This document shows positions 26,926-34,842 of a stretch of 64,000 nucleotides of DNA, piece by piece. The notes under the pieces are model-generated. The model was not told the DNA's origin and did not search any database. It saw nothing but the letters and a program-made list of their open reading frames with translations. The stretch comes from Eubacteriales bacterium (GTDB lineage Bacteria; Bacillota; Clostridia; Christensenellales; UBA1750), in NCBI GenBank assembly GCA_031551255.1, contig JAVBNW010000068.1, positions 1,428 through 65,427 of the forward strand, written 5' to 3'. Position 1 is the first letter of the stretch. Each line of letters opens with the position of its first letter. A program made the position numbers and the translations under genes.

Positions 26926-27933
26926 TTGGTCTCAATGTATACTTCGATATATACCAATGATACACCCATATTTATAGAACAGTTGGCAAACACTCCAGAA
27001 ATGCGCAGATTGCGTAATGTCGGGATGCATTGTGGCTGTGAACACGCAAAATTTCCAATCTATCGAAAAGAGATAATGCCATACACACGTTTCATGCATA
27101 GTGTGGGCGTTGCAAAGATCGTTTGGAATTTTTCGCGAGATACTAAGCAGACAATCGCAGGATTACTGCATGATATTGCAACACCGGTTTTTGCGCATAC
27201 AATTGATTTTTTGAACGGCGACCACTTAGCACAAGAAACAACTGAAGATAAAACCTTGCAATTTATAGAAAATTCAAAAGAAATCAGGGCGCTGCTCAAA
27301 GAATATCATGTATGTGTCGAAGAGATAAGTGACTATCATATGTATCCTATTGCCGATAATGATACACCTATGCTTTCGGCTGACCGCTTGGAATATACCC
27401 TTGGCAATGGTTTTTGCGTATATCATATGGAGCAAAATTACCTGAAAAGCATTTATTCGGATTTAATTGTTACGCAAAACGAAAACGGCGAAGATGAGCT
27501 TTGTTTTCAAACTATTCGAGCGGCTACAGATTTTACTCAAATTTCATTGCGTAATTCCCGCTTATTTGTATCGGACGAAGATCGTTACTCAATGCAACAT
27601 TTAGCTGACATTATCAAGTGCGCCATAGATAATGGTGTTTTGACGCTTGATGATCTATATTTAACTGAATACGAAGTCATCAGTAGACTGATTGCAGATG
27701 AAAAATTATCCATATTGTGGAAGAGATATTCGGAGATTTCTGCTGTCACATCATCATCGGAAAAACTGGGAAACCAGTATTGCGTAAATGTTTCCGCAAA
27801 GAAGCGGTATATCAACCCATTAGTGCTTGTGGGCAATAGCGCTATGAGACTGACAGATTTGGATGACGATATGCGGAATCAGATTCAATCGTTCTTGGAC
27901 GTAGACTTTAACAAATGGCTCTACGCAGTATAA
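26926..27933 (+). CDS. HD-domain phosphohydrolase (COG1078-like)
   Basis: MRRLRNVGMHCG...YTRFMHSVGVAKIV...IAGLLHDIATPVFAHTIDF matches the FxRLxxIxQ / TRFxHSxGV / LLHDIGH layout of HD hydrolases. AT-rich gene. Confidence 0.7.
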   Translation: MVSMYTSIYTNDTPIFIEQLANTPEMRRLRNVGMHCGCEHAKFPIYRKEIMPYTRFMHSVGVAKIVWNFSRDTKQTIAGLLHDIATPVFAHTIDFLNGDHLAQETTEDKTLQFIENSKEIRALLKEYHVCVEEISDYHMYPIADNDTPMLSADRLEYTLGNGFCVYHMEQNYLKSIYSDLIVTQNENGEDELCFQTIRAATDFTQISLRNSRLFVSDEDRYSMQHLADIIKCAIDNGVLTLDDLYLTEYEVISRLIADEKLSILWKRYSEISAVTSSSEKLGNQYCVNVSAKKRYINPLVLVGNSAMRLTDLDDDMRNQIQSFLDVDFNKWLYAV

Positions 27934-28002
27934 GCAAACTGTCGTGCGTTGTTAAGATTTGAAACGCCCCTTGATTACTATAATTATCTACACAATACAA
28001 CA

Positions 28003-28035
28003 GGACTGCCCAAAATCGGGCAGCCCTGCTGTGTT
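28003..28035 (+). terminator. terminator after the HD-domain gene
   Basis: GGACTGCCC-AAAATC-GGGCAGCCC stem (one mismatch) followed by a T-rich tail. Confidence 0.45.
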
Positions 28036-28406
28036 GCTAGTTGTTAACAATCCCTACGAGCGCAAAGCCAATGACCGCGGGGTTTTCTCGGAATCCATGG
28101 ACGACATGTTTCCACCCTCTACCTCGTCATTTCCCTCGCCTCGTCGCTTTTCATATTCTTTATCCCTGCCAAAGCCCAAAGGAGCCTCAGCTTCTTTCGT
28201 AGAAGAGGGCCATGGAGCGCTCAGATGTGAATTGCGTGGATGAAATAAACGCATCTTCCCACGTCCCCCCATGCTCCTCGTCCTGCGAAGGGGGATTTCG
28301 GTGCGCGGCGCGCCCCGACGGCCATTCCCCCGCGCAGCTCCGGCCCCGAGGCGAGCTTCCGAGGGGGACCGCAGCCCCCTTCGGAAAGGGAGGAGCCACG
28401 GAGCGC

Positions 28407-28441
28407 AAAAATCCGCATCCCTCGCAAGGATGCGGACTTTT
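28407..28441 (-). terminator. rho-independent terminator downstream of the tRNA remnant
   Basis: Minus strand: TCCGCATCC-TTGCGAG-GGATGCGGA followed by TTTTT, beginning 20 nt after the CCA end. Confidence 0.75.
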
Positions 28442-28461
28442 GAGCGCAGTGCGCCCCGGTA

Positions 28462-28506
28462 TGGCGCTCCCGGAGGGATTCGAACCCCCGACCTCCGGTT
28501 TAGGAA
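28462..28506 (-). pseudogene. orphan 3' half of tRNA-Arg(CCU): anticodon loop to CCA; putative prophage attL core
   Basis: Minus strand reads TTCCTAA (loop, anticodon CCT) ACCGG AGGTC GGGGG TTCGAAT CCCTC CGGGAGC G CCA. The next 5 nt (TCGAT) cannot pair with ACCGG, and no GCTCCCG acceptor 5' strand exists upstream, so the gene is truncated. Confidence 0.75.
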
Positions 28507-28641
28507 ATCGACGATTCGCGAGTTAAGGCACATTGTAAAATCTTTACGTGCCTCTATTAGGCGGTTTTTGCGAGAGGTTGTCGCATCGTGCGTTATAGTG
28601 ATTCTTCGCATGTGGGTGGAATGTGGGTAAATATCCCATGT

Positions 28642-29649
28642 TCACGATATAGCCGTAGCTAATAGGTCTGGTAGATTACGAGCAATGATAGCACCTACCG
28701 AGGTAAAGTTATATTGAATAATATAATTGAAGATGCGCAAATCATCAATTTCTAACTCCAGGTGGCTTTGTAGATCGCTTTCAGTAATGCAAATCACTTT
28801 TAAATATGGTTCCACTTTCTTTATAATGCACATTTTTATAATTGAACTATAGCCATAACGACCATTTCGACGTACTAATTCTTTATCTAATATTTCCATT
28901 ATTGTATTAACAATTTTTTCTCTCTCTTTGGGATCCAGAATTTTATTTTTTAGAGCCTGTTCAATGCTTGTTCTATTCTTCGTCAAGGAATAGTAATTAT
29001 GTTGGCGGAGTTTTTCATACAGGCTAGATATTTGCTCCTCCAGGGGAATTGATAAACGAATACCGGTCGATGGTGATTTTATTAAGTTTATATCTTCCAT
29101 GTAACGGAATATTGGATGAAAGCTTTTGCCTCTCAAAATTTCGCTTATTAATTGCTTATAATAAATGAATGATTCTCTATTTTTTTTTACGTTAGAAACA
29201 TTAAGGAAAAAATTCAAAATTTGTATATGCACCAATACTTCTCGGGATGTCTTGGATAATATTTTTAGAGCTTCGTTTATCATTAGTTTGTCTATTCCAT
29301 CATCATTCGCAGTAATATATTCAATAGCCAATTTAATTGTTAGAGAATCAAACTCATCGGTTGGGTTGCTAGCGGCGATCTTAGTTAAATTTGCAAGCAT
29401 ATATTGAATTATAGGTTCGTTGAAGGTATTTATCGCTTCTGGTTTTAGGTGATAGATTTGCTCTAGTAGCTTGTTAACCACTCGCATAACACGCGCTTCG
29501 GCAATATCCGCCGCCTCTTGTGCTAATCTATATGCATTACTCCGATACACATCTAGTATTAGCTCTTTCGTATCAAAATACGATAAACCGTAATAATTAG
29601 CAATATTGTCACCTTTTTTATTGCTTTGCATAAATTCTTTATTTTCCAC
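28642..29649 (-). CDS. hypothetical 335-aa all-alpha protein (att-proximal moron, large subunit)
   Basis: Very AT-rich. GTG 29649 behind GAAGGAG, overlapping the upstream small gene by 11 nt. No TM segment and no motif I can name, except one Rx4H string (RGKSFH). Confidence 0.7.
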   Translation of the reverse strand: MENKEFMQSNKKGDNIANYYGLSYFDTKELILDVYRSNAYRLAQEAADIAEARVMRVVNKLLEQIYHLKPEAINTFNEPIIQYMLANLTKIAASNPTDEFDSLTIKLAIEYITANDDGIDKLMINEALKILSKTSREVLVHIQILNFFLNVSNVKKNRESFIYYKQLISEILRGKSFHPIFRYMEDINLIKSPSTGIRLSIPLEEQISSLYEKLRQHNYYSLTKNRTSIEQALKNKILDPKEREKIVNTIMEILDKELVRRNGRYGYSSIIKMCIIKKVEPYLKVICITESDLQSHLELEIDDLRIFNYIIQYNFTSVGAIIARNLPDLLATAIS

Positions 29650-29839
29650 TTAAGTCTCCTTCAGTGTAAAAATTATCTCCAATCTTATTTTTTTGAATTG
29701 TTTTTTTGGTAATAGATATATCTTTTTGAATTTTAGTCACTTTACCCAACGCAACCAGGGATACTACAAGACTAAGCAAAGCAAATAAGTTTTGAAGAAT
29801 ATCTGACCAGTGATCTGCGAAAAATTTCCCCCAACCCAT
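29639..29839 (-). CDS. 66-aa single-pass membrane protein (moron, small subunit)
   Basis: ATG 29839 behind AAGGAG (8-nt spacing). MGWGKFFADHWSDILQNLFALLSLVVSLVALGKV, then a Lys-rich tail. The track ORF 29639..29893 starts upstream without an RBS. Confidence 0.6.
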   Translation of the reverse strand: MGWGKFFADHWSDILQNLFALLSLVVSLVALGKVTKIQKDISITKKTIQKNKIGDNFYTEGDLSGK

Positions 29840-29864
29840 TGTTTTCACTCCTTTTATTGTCTGG

Positions 29865-29893
29865 ACTATACCATCATTTACAAGTGCTGTCAC
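29865..29893 (-). promoter_or_regulatory. moron promoter
   Basis: Minus strand GTGACA (29893-29888), 17 nt, TATAGT (29870-29865), immediately after the lysis-operon terminator. Confidence 0.5.
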
Positions 29894-29900
29894 TCCTTGC

Positions 29901-29939
29901 CAAAAGAAAAAGACGAGACGCCCAACTGGACGCCTCGCC
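29901..29939 (-). terminator. rho-independent terminator ending the late/lysis operon
   Basis: Minus strand GGCGAGGCGUCC-AGUU-GGGCGUCUCGUC (12 bp including 3 G-U pairs), then UUUUUCUUUU. Begins 6 nt after the holin stop. Confidence 0.75.
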
Positions 29940-29944
29940 TTTAC

Positions 29945-30247
29945 TTATTTTGTTTCATACACTGCTGCCTCAATAGCCGCTCGAATGATCTCCTCGTCGA
30001 ACGTAATGCGCCGCACGGCAAGCTGATCCTTCACACGCTGCATGGCATAGTTGATGCGATGTTCCCGTTCTATGAAACCAGCATTTGCGTATTGTTCTGC
30101 GGCTTGCACGGCGATCTGTGCAACACTGCAAAGATACTGCCAACGCTCATCGCCCAGTTTTGAGCGAATCCAGGGGATAAGGACGGCTGATATGACAGCG
30201 GCGATGAGGCCTATGACAGCGACGATGATCTGGGTAATATCAAGCAT
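29945..30247 (-). CDS. phage holin, LL-H family
   Basis: MLDITQIIVAVIGLIAAVISAVLIPWI TM helix, then ...IAVQAAEQ...IIRAAIEAAVYE, typical of LL-H-type holins. Confidence 0.75.
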   Translation of the reverse strand: MLDITQIIVAVIGLIAAVISAVLIPWIRSKLGDERWQYLCSVAQIAVQAAEQYANAGFIEREHRINYAMQRVKDQLAVRRITFDEEIIRAAIEAAVYETK

Positions 30248-30509
30248 GGCCCGATTCCTCGCTTTCTACGGCATCCTGGCCGTATAGTTGCTTCAATTTG
30301 ATGGTATTCTCGGCGCGGGCTTTCCAGGAGTAAAACCCGACGGCAACAGCTGCGACAGTTCCAATATACGAAAGCCACACCGCCAGCTCATCATGAGCCT
30401 TGAAGAGGACAATGAAGGCCCCTACTGCCACGCCCACAAAGTACGTTGCCATAACAAGGGCAATAATGGCTTTGGTGAATTCTCGCTTGGGTCGATTCGA
30501 CTTGCTCAC
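30240..30509 (-). CDS. two-TM holin-like membrane protein
   Basis: AIIALVMATYFVGVAVGAFIVLF and VWLSYIGTVAAVAVGFYSW helices. Start uncertain: GTG 30509 in a GTGA overlap with the xhlA-like stop, or ATG 30533. Confidence 0.5.
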   Translation of the reverse strand: MSKSNRPKREFTKAIIALVMATYFVGVAVGAFIVLFKAHDELAVWLSYIGTVAAVAVGFYSWKARAENTIKLKQLYGQDAVESEESGHA

Positions 30510-30799
30510 AGGCCACCACGCCCCAAAATCCATGCCGCAAAAGCACCGGCGAGTGCGCCAATAACCGTGCCTATCACGGCATCCCAATGCTTCTTGGGAC
30601 GTTCTTCGATAGCTCGTAACCGACCGTCGTGTTCCTTGATTTCGGCAAGAATATGATCGTTCTGTTCGGTAAGCCGATAGATGACCTTAAGGATTTCGTC
30701 GCTACGATCCAACCGAACCTTAATGTCCCTAATCTCGCGGTTCACCCCGGTAAGGGCTTCCTCTACGCGTGCGAGACGTTCTTCCGTCGTTCCCGACAT
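30506..30799 (-). CDS. XhlA-like lysis-associated membrane protein
   Basis: N-terminal coiled coil (RLARVEEALTGVNREIRDIKVRLD...) and C-terminal TM VIGTVIGALAGAFAAWIL, as in PBSX XhlA. Confidence 0.65.
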   Translation of the reverse strand: MSGTTEERLARVEEALTGVNREIRDIKVRLDRSDEILKVIYRLTEQNDHILAEIKEHDGRLRAIEERPKKHWDAVIGTVIGALAGAFAAWILGRGGL

Positions 30800-30800
30800 T

Positions 30801-31484
30801 CTACATCACCCCCAACGCTTTCCCCGTCTGCGGCCCCGCAACGCCGTCCACAGTCAGCCCTTTGGCACGTTGGAATGCGCGTAGTGCGGTTTCAGTTAGC
30901 TCGCCGAAGGAGCCATCGAGGGGGCCAGGGTCATAGCCTGCACGTTTGAGAGCTACCTGTAGTTCTCGCACTGCATCACCCTTGCAGCCTCTCCATAGTT
31001 TTGTACTGCTTTCGGAGGCAGATGTGCCGTTTGAAGCGCCAAAATACTTGACGCTTGTCGCGCCACCGTTCGGATCGGTTTGCAGCCACCTAGCACGTCC
31101 GGATCTGGTATCTACATGGCAAAAGCCCGGTTTCTGCCCTGGCTTGTATTCGTACAGACCCACACCGCCAAGGCCCAAGCTATCCGCGTACTGAGCGATA
31201 GCACGCGGTGTCACATCGGGTATACGTATGTCGACCGCTTTGCCATAGAGGTGCTGGGATGCTTTTGCACCGTTGATCTTGGCGTTGTACTTCGGATCGC
31301 GGTATCCGCTGGAGATAAGCACCGGCCGGCCGTCGAAGTGGGCACGGATTTTTTCTAACGCCGCCGTCAAATCCTCACATATTAGTACTTCGTCACCACC
31401 GCCCTTGCAAGCAAACTCACGTACGGCAAAATTTGGCGAAGCCTTCGTGACACCGTCTTCCTTCAGGCTATAGGTCTTGACCAT
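30801..31484 (-). CDS. endolysin: peptidase M15 (zinc D-Ala-D-Ala carboxypeptidase-like) plus PG_binding_1
   Basis: ATG 31484 behind GGAGG. SQHLYGKAVD and FCHVD zinc ligands. C-terminal GDAVRELQVALKRAGYDPGPLDGSFGELTETALRAFQ. Confidence 0.85.
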   Translation of the reverse strand: MVKTYSLKEDGVTKASPNFAVREFACKGGGDEVLICEDLTAALEKIRAHFDGRPVLISSGYRDPKYNAKINGAKASQHLYGKAVDIRIPDVTPRAIAQYADSLGLGGVGLYEYKPGQKPGFCHVDTRSGRARWLQTDPNGGATSVKYFGASNGTSASESSTKLWRGCKGDAVRELQVALKRAGYDPGPLDGSFGELTETALRAFQRAKGLTVDGVAGPQTGKALGVM

Positions 31485-31557
31485 TGGAGGCCTCCGTTTC
31501 CGCTGCCATGGTAAGCAGCATAAAGTGACCGGCCGCCGAAGCGTCCGGTATGTGATG

Positions 31558-32355
31558 TTATACAACCTTGTAGAAATTGTCGTTCAATACGGGTGGCCGC
31601 CAATCAGCTTGCTTGTTGAATACACGCAGCGCGATGTAGGTTTTGCCATAGTCGGTGAAATAGTCACCTATCGCGAAGGGGTGCCCATCTGGAAGATCCG
31701 CCCAGCGCGGATGTGTCCCAGGAACCTCGGTCGTACCGTCGTCAGGGATGTCCTCTGCGCCTCCTGTAGGCTTCGAGGTTTCCTTGTATTCGCTGGGTAC
31801 CAGATGCGGGTAGTGCGGCTCGTAGAGCGTCACACCGTATTCATGGATGGGAGTATAATACTTCCCATCGACGGGATCGCGGCGGATTGCTCCATACGGG
31901 ACGTGTTCGCCCCATACGAAGTCAAGTGGTTCATCTTGCGGGGACGGCTCCTTGCGGATGACGCGGAACATCGTACGTCCACCCTCGCTTCCCGGCTCCC
32001 ATCCTGCCTGTGCGATGTGCGGTTTTGTAACGATGTAAAAAATACCGTTTGGCATATAGACAGTTTCGTTGACATAAACCGGACCCATTTCAGGAGTCCA
32101 CGCGCGAGAACCGCCGATGTTAGCGATTTCCTCGAGCGCATCATCCGGCAAGTCACCAGCGCCTATGATGCCCGCCCGCATAAGGTAACTTTGCGCGCGC
32201 CGGACATGAACAGGCGGCAAGCCTGATTGACCTGCCGCCACAAATACTTCGTGCATCGCAAGCACCGCTTCCCAAATTTCCGAGGTTTCCTTTGCCTTCT
32301 CAGATCGTTGGAGCGCGCGCTGTTTTTCGAGCGACGGAGTGGGTGTCTGCATCAT
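31558..32355 (-). CDS. tail-fibre-associated protein with two carbohydrate-binding-like repeats
   Basis: AWTPEMGPVYVNETVYMPNGIFYIVTKPHIAQAGWEP and RWADLPDGHPFAIGDYFTDYGKTYIALRVFNKQADWRP resemble CBM5/12-type motifs. Confidence 0.45.
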   Translation of the reverse strand: MMQTPTPSLEKQRALQRSEKAKETSEIWEAVLAMHEVFVAAGQSGLPPVHVRRAQSYLMRAGIIGAGDLPDDALEEIANIGGSRAWTPEMGPVYVNETVYMPNGIFYIVTKPHIAQAGWEPGSEGGRTMFRVIRKEPSPQDEPLDFVWGEHVPYGAIRRDPVDGKYYTPIHEYGVTLYEPHYPHLVPSEYKETSKPTGGAEDIPDDGTTEVPGTHPRWADLPDGHPFAIGDYFTDYGKTYIALRVFNKQADWRPPVLNDNFYKVV

Positions 32356-32369
32356 CGTGTCCTCCCCCT

Positions 32370-34091
32370 TTAAACATAGCTACCGCTCAGCCCGGCGCAA
32401 TACACGGTAGGATAAGCCGTTGACGGTATGATGGTCACGCGGACGCCGACCGCCCAGCTACCAGCTGTATTGGTCGTGTTGTTGAAGATGTGCTTCAAGC
32501 CTTGCGTCGCGGCTTCCCATGCCGGGGATTCGTCGTTTGCGTTGTTGCACACCTGGATACTGACGTTTGAGGGATCGGCGTAATATTGTAACGAAATCAG
32601 AATTTTTTCCGACATGGCATCGGTCTGTATAGGGGTGATATTGAAATCGACGGAAATCACCGCGCGCGCGAATGTGATCGTCCTGATAGACGACATGCCG
32701 TATTCATCGGTCGCCGTGATGGTTAGGCTGTGCGTTCCGCCGGAGAGCGCATAGAATTGTGCGTCCGTCAGCGTTACGGTATAAACTTGTCCCTGAACTG
32801 CGGGATCGTATTGCGTTACGGTATTTCCATCCAAGCTGATGTCGACCACCACCGTGTCGCCCGCATCCGGGTCGGTCACGCTGAAGCTGTACGATGGCGG
32901 TGTCGATATAGTGCCAAGGTCTTGATCGGTGCCGCTTACGCTGGGCGCAACGTTGTGAATGACCGTCCGGCTCTGGCTCGTCAGGTAGTTGCTATATTCT
33001 CCGACATTGTCCTTCGCGCGAACGCGATACTGGACGGTGTTCATGTCCGTGGTCACGGGGTGTGCATAGGACAGCCCGTTGCCCGAGTAGATATTTGCGA
33101 AGGCTGCGCCGTTGATGCTTGCCCCCAGTTCATACGATACCGGCCCGCCCTCCGGGTCAATGGATGCCGCCCATGTGATCTGGCTATTTTGCCCGCTGAA
33201 GACTTGGGTCGGTACCGTGATGGCAGGCGGAATCGTGGGAGGCATGTTCCACTGGATGATATATGCCCCGTCCGTGTCGGGCGAATCAGAAACCAACGTA
33301 GACAAAGGCAGATTCAAGGCGGGACGCAGTCCGTGGTTGCTGGCGTATGCAGCGTTCTTGTTGTTGACACCGCTTCCATCTACATCAATACGAAGTACAT
33401 TATATGTGTCTGCGTAATACGGGGAACGAACCCACCATATCCACGGTGCTGATGCACTAAGGCCGCTAACGCTTGAGCCGCTGGCATTACTATTGGACAC
33501 GGCATCGGCGGTTGGGTATGTCACACGACTACTATTTGCGCTGCTGAACATGGCAAGTTGCGTACCTTCGTTGATTCCATTTACAGCGCCAAGTCCAGTT
33601 TCCGCCATGGAGAGAAGAAACACCTTGTCGTTTACCGTTTCAGAACCCGAGAGATCTGCGGTAGGCTTAGCGACAATGAGTGTTGTTTCAAGGATTGCGG
33701 ATCGCATATAAGCAGAAAAGCCCGTCATGAATCCGGCCTGTGTGTCATATGCGTTGTATCCGAAAAAAACGTTTGCCGTACTGGGCGGTGCATCGGTGCC
33801 GTGCTGGGCAGTAAACCAGTTTGCACCCACCTTGTTGAGCCACTGCCGTAAATTAGACAATGAATATCGGTTGTTTCCGAGTGATGCTCTACTCGTGTCA
33901 GGGTTGCCTGGTTCTCTTCCATCGAAGCAGAGTATTTTTATGATGTTAGCCGATACGAGGGTGACGCTGTTCGCTGGATATCCGGCATGATTCTTGTCCC
34001 CAACTTGCCATATAATAGGTTTGCCATATATGGTTGTGGTCGAGTCCTTGACCTTCGTTCCGACCGCTAGGCCGCTTATGGGTTGTGCCAT
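32370..34091 (-). CDS. tail fibre / receptor-binding protein (DUF6273-like N-terminus, FN3-like middle)
   Basis: ATG 34091. IIWQVGDKNHAGYPANSVTL...NRYSLSNLRQWLN, then ITWAASIDPEGGPVSYEL...YRVRAKDNVG (FN3-like). Confidence 0.6.
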   Translation of the reverse strand: MAQPISGLAVGTKVKDSTTTIYGKPIIWQVGDKNHAGYPANSVTLVSANIIKILCFDGREPGNPDTSRASLGNNRYSLSNLRQWLNKVGANWFTAQHGTDAPPSTANVFFGYNAYDTQAGFMTGFSAYMRSAILETTLIVAKPTADLSGSETVNDKVFLLSMAETGLGAVNGINEGTQLAMFSSANSSRVTYPTADAVSNSNASGSSVSGLSASAPWIWWVRSPYYADTYNVLRIDVDGSGVNNKNAAYASNHGLRPALNLPLSTLVSDSPDTDGAYIIQWNMPPTIPPAITVPTQVFSGQNSQITWAASIDPEGGPVSYELGASINGAAFANIYSGNGLSYAHPVTTDMNTVQYRVRAKDNVGEYSNYLTSQSRTVIHNVAPSVSGTDQDLGTISTPPSYSFSVTDPDAGDTVVVDISLDGNTVTQYDPAVQGQVYTVTLTDAQFYALSGGTHSLTITATDEYGMSSIRTITFARAVISVDFNITPIQTDAMSEKILISLQYYADPSNVSIQVCNNANDESPAWEAATQGLKHIFNNTTNTAGSWAVGVRVTIIPSTAYPTVYCAGLSGSYV

Positions 34092-34128
34092 CGTCGTCTT
34101 CGCTCCTTCCCTGTGTGGCAAGCACTTA

Positions 34129-34830
34129 CTACATGCTCGCCTGTATCCTTCGCGCTGACTGATTGTAGATACCGTCGGTAATAGACACATTACTCAGGTT
34201 GATGAGGTCGGCCGAAAACACGATGCCACCCGGCATGTCACCACTGACGAGATCGTTAAGGAGGTCTATTTCAGCGGTATGCTCATCGAGGATGTCTTGC
34301 AGTCCGATGACATCGGTTATCTGGTGCGAATGCCCGATGAGGGAGTACTTCGCGAGATCGGAGGCACGAGCGAATGCATCCGGGTCGATCACGGCTGACA
34401 CTAGCTCAACGCTGTCCACAACGGTTATGAGCGAGAAGCTAGCGAGCTTATTCACCGGATCGCCATATGGCCTGATCCATTCAGGATGATTGGCCAGCAC
34501 TAGGTAGGTGTACAAGATATCGCCCTCATCCGGGTCTGTCGCCCAAAGCCCAAGCTCGGTGCCGTTGAAACCCTGCTGCAACGTCGTGTTCAGAACTTGC
34601 ACCACGACGGACGCTTCGCCAGTGCTTGGATTCTCAATGGCAGCGATCATGCCGTCCATCTTGTATTGATTAAGGTCGGTCATCATTTCCGGCGACATTC
34701 CCTCCGGAACGGTGCCGGTTCCGACTGCTGCGCGGGTGAAAGTGAGCTGATCTTTCGAGGCGAGCAGTTTAGCAATAAGGGCAGTTCCTTTTTGCGTTAA
34801 ATAGCTGCCGTCCGCATAGTTTTCTGCCAT
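34129..34830 (-). CDS. phage tail-collar fibre protein (DUF3751-like)
   Basis: YLTQKGTALIAKLLASKDQLTFTRAAVGTGTVPEG is the typical tail-fibre N-terminal domain. Confidence 0.65.
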   Translation of the reverse strand: MAENYADGSYLTQKGTALIAKLLASKDQLTFTRAAVGTGTVPEGMSPEMMTDLNQYKMDGMIAAIENPSTGEASVVVQVLNTTLQQGFNGTELGLWATDPDEGDILYTYLVLANHPEWIRPYGDPVNKLASFSLITVVDSVELVSAVIDPDAFARASDLAKYSLIGHSHQITDVIGLQDILDEHTAEIDLLNDLVSGDMPGGIVFSADLINLSNVSITDGIYNQSARRIQASM

Positions 34831-34842
34831 TCAGATCCCCTC

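Larger units (their letters stand above)
23700..28050. other. compositionally foreign (largely AT-rich) island between the GLUG gene and the tRNA remnant
   Basis: Visible drop from host-type GC-rich sequence to AT-rich coding sequence at about 23.8 kb and back at about 28.05 kb. No recombinase present. Confidence 0.5.

Noticed and set aside
28462-28540. Intact tRNA gene
   Set aside because: The T-arm, variable loop, anticodon loop and acceptor 3' strand are perfect. But the 5' anticodon-stem strand (TCGAT) does not pair, and no D-arm or GCTCCCG acceptor 5' strand exists. I therefore call it a 3'-half remnant / att core.
28054-28611. 185-aa minus-strand ORF spanning the tRNA remnant
   Set aside because: It runs through a tRNA fragment and its terminator, is Arg/Gly/Pro-rich, and has no RBS. 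It is spurious.
32370-34190. Diversity-generating retroelement targeting the tail-fibre C-terminus
   Set aside because: No reverse transcriptase gene, no template-repeat copy of the 3' end, and no C-type-lectin-like C-terminal motif.
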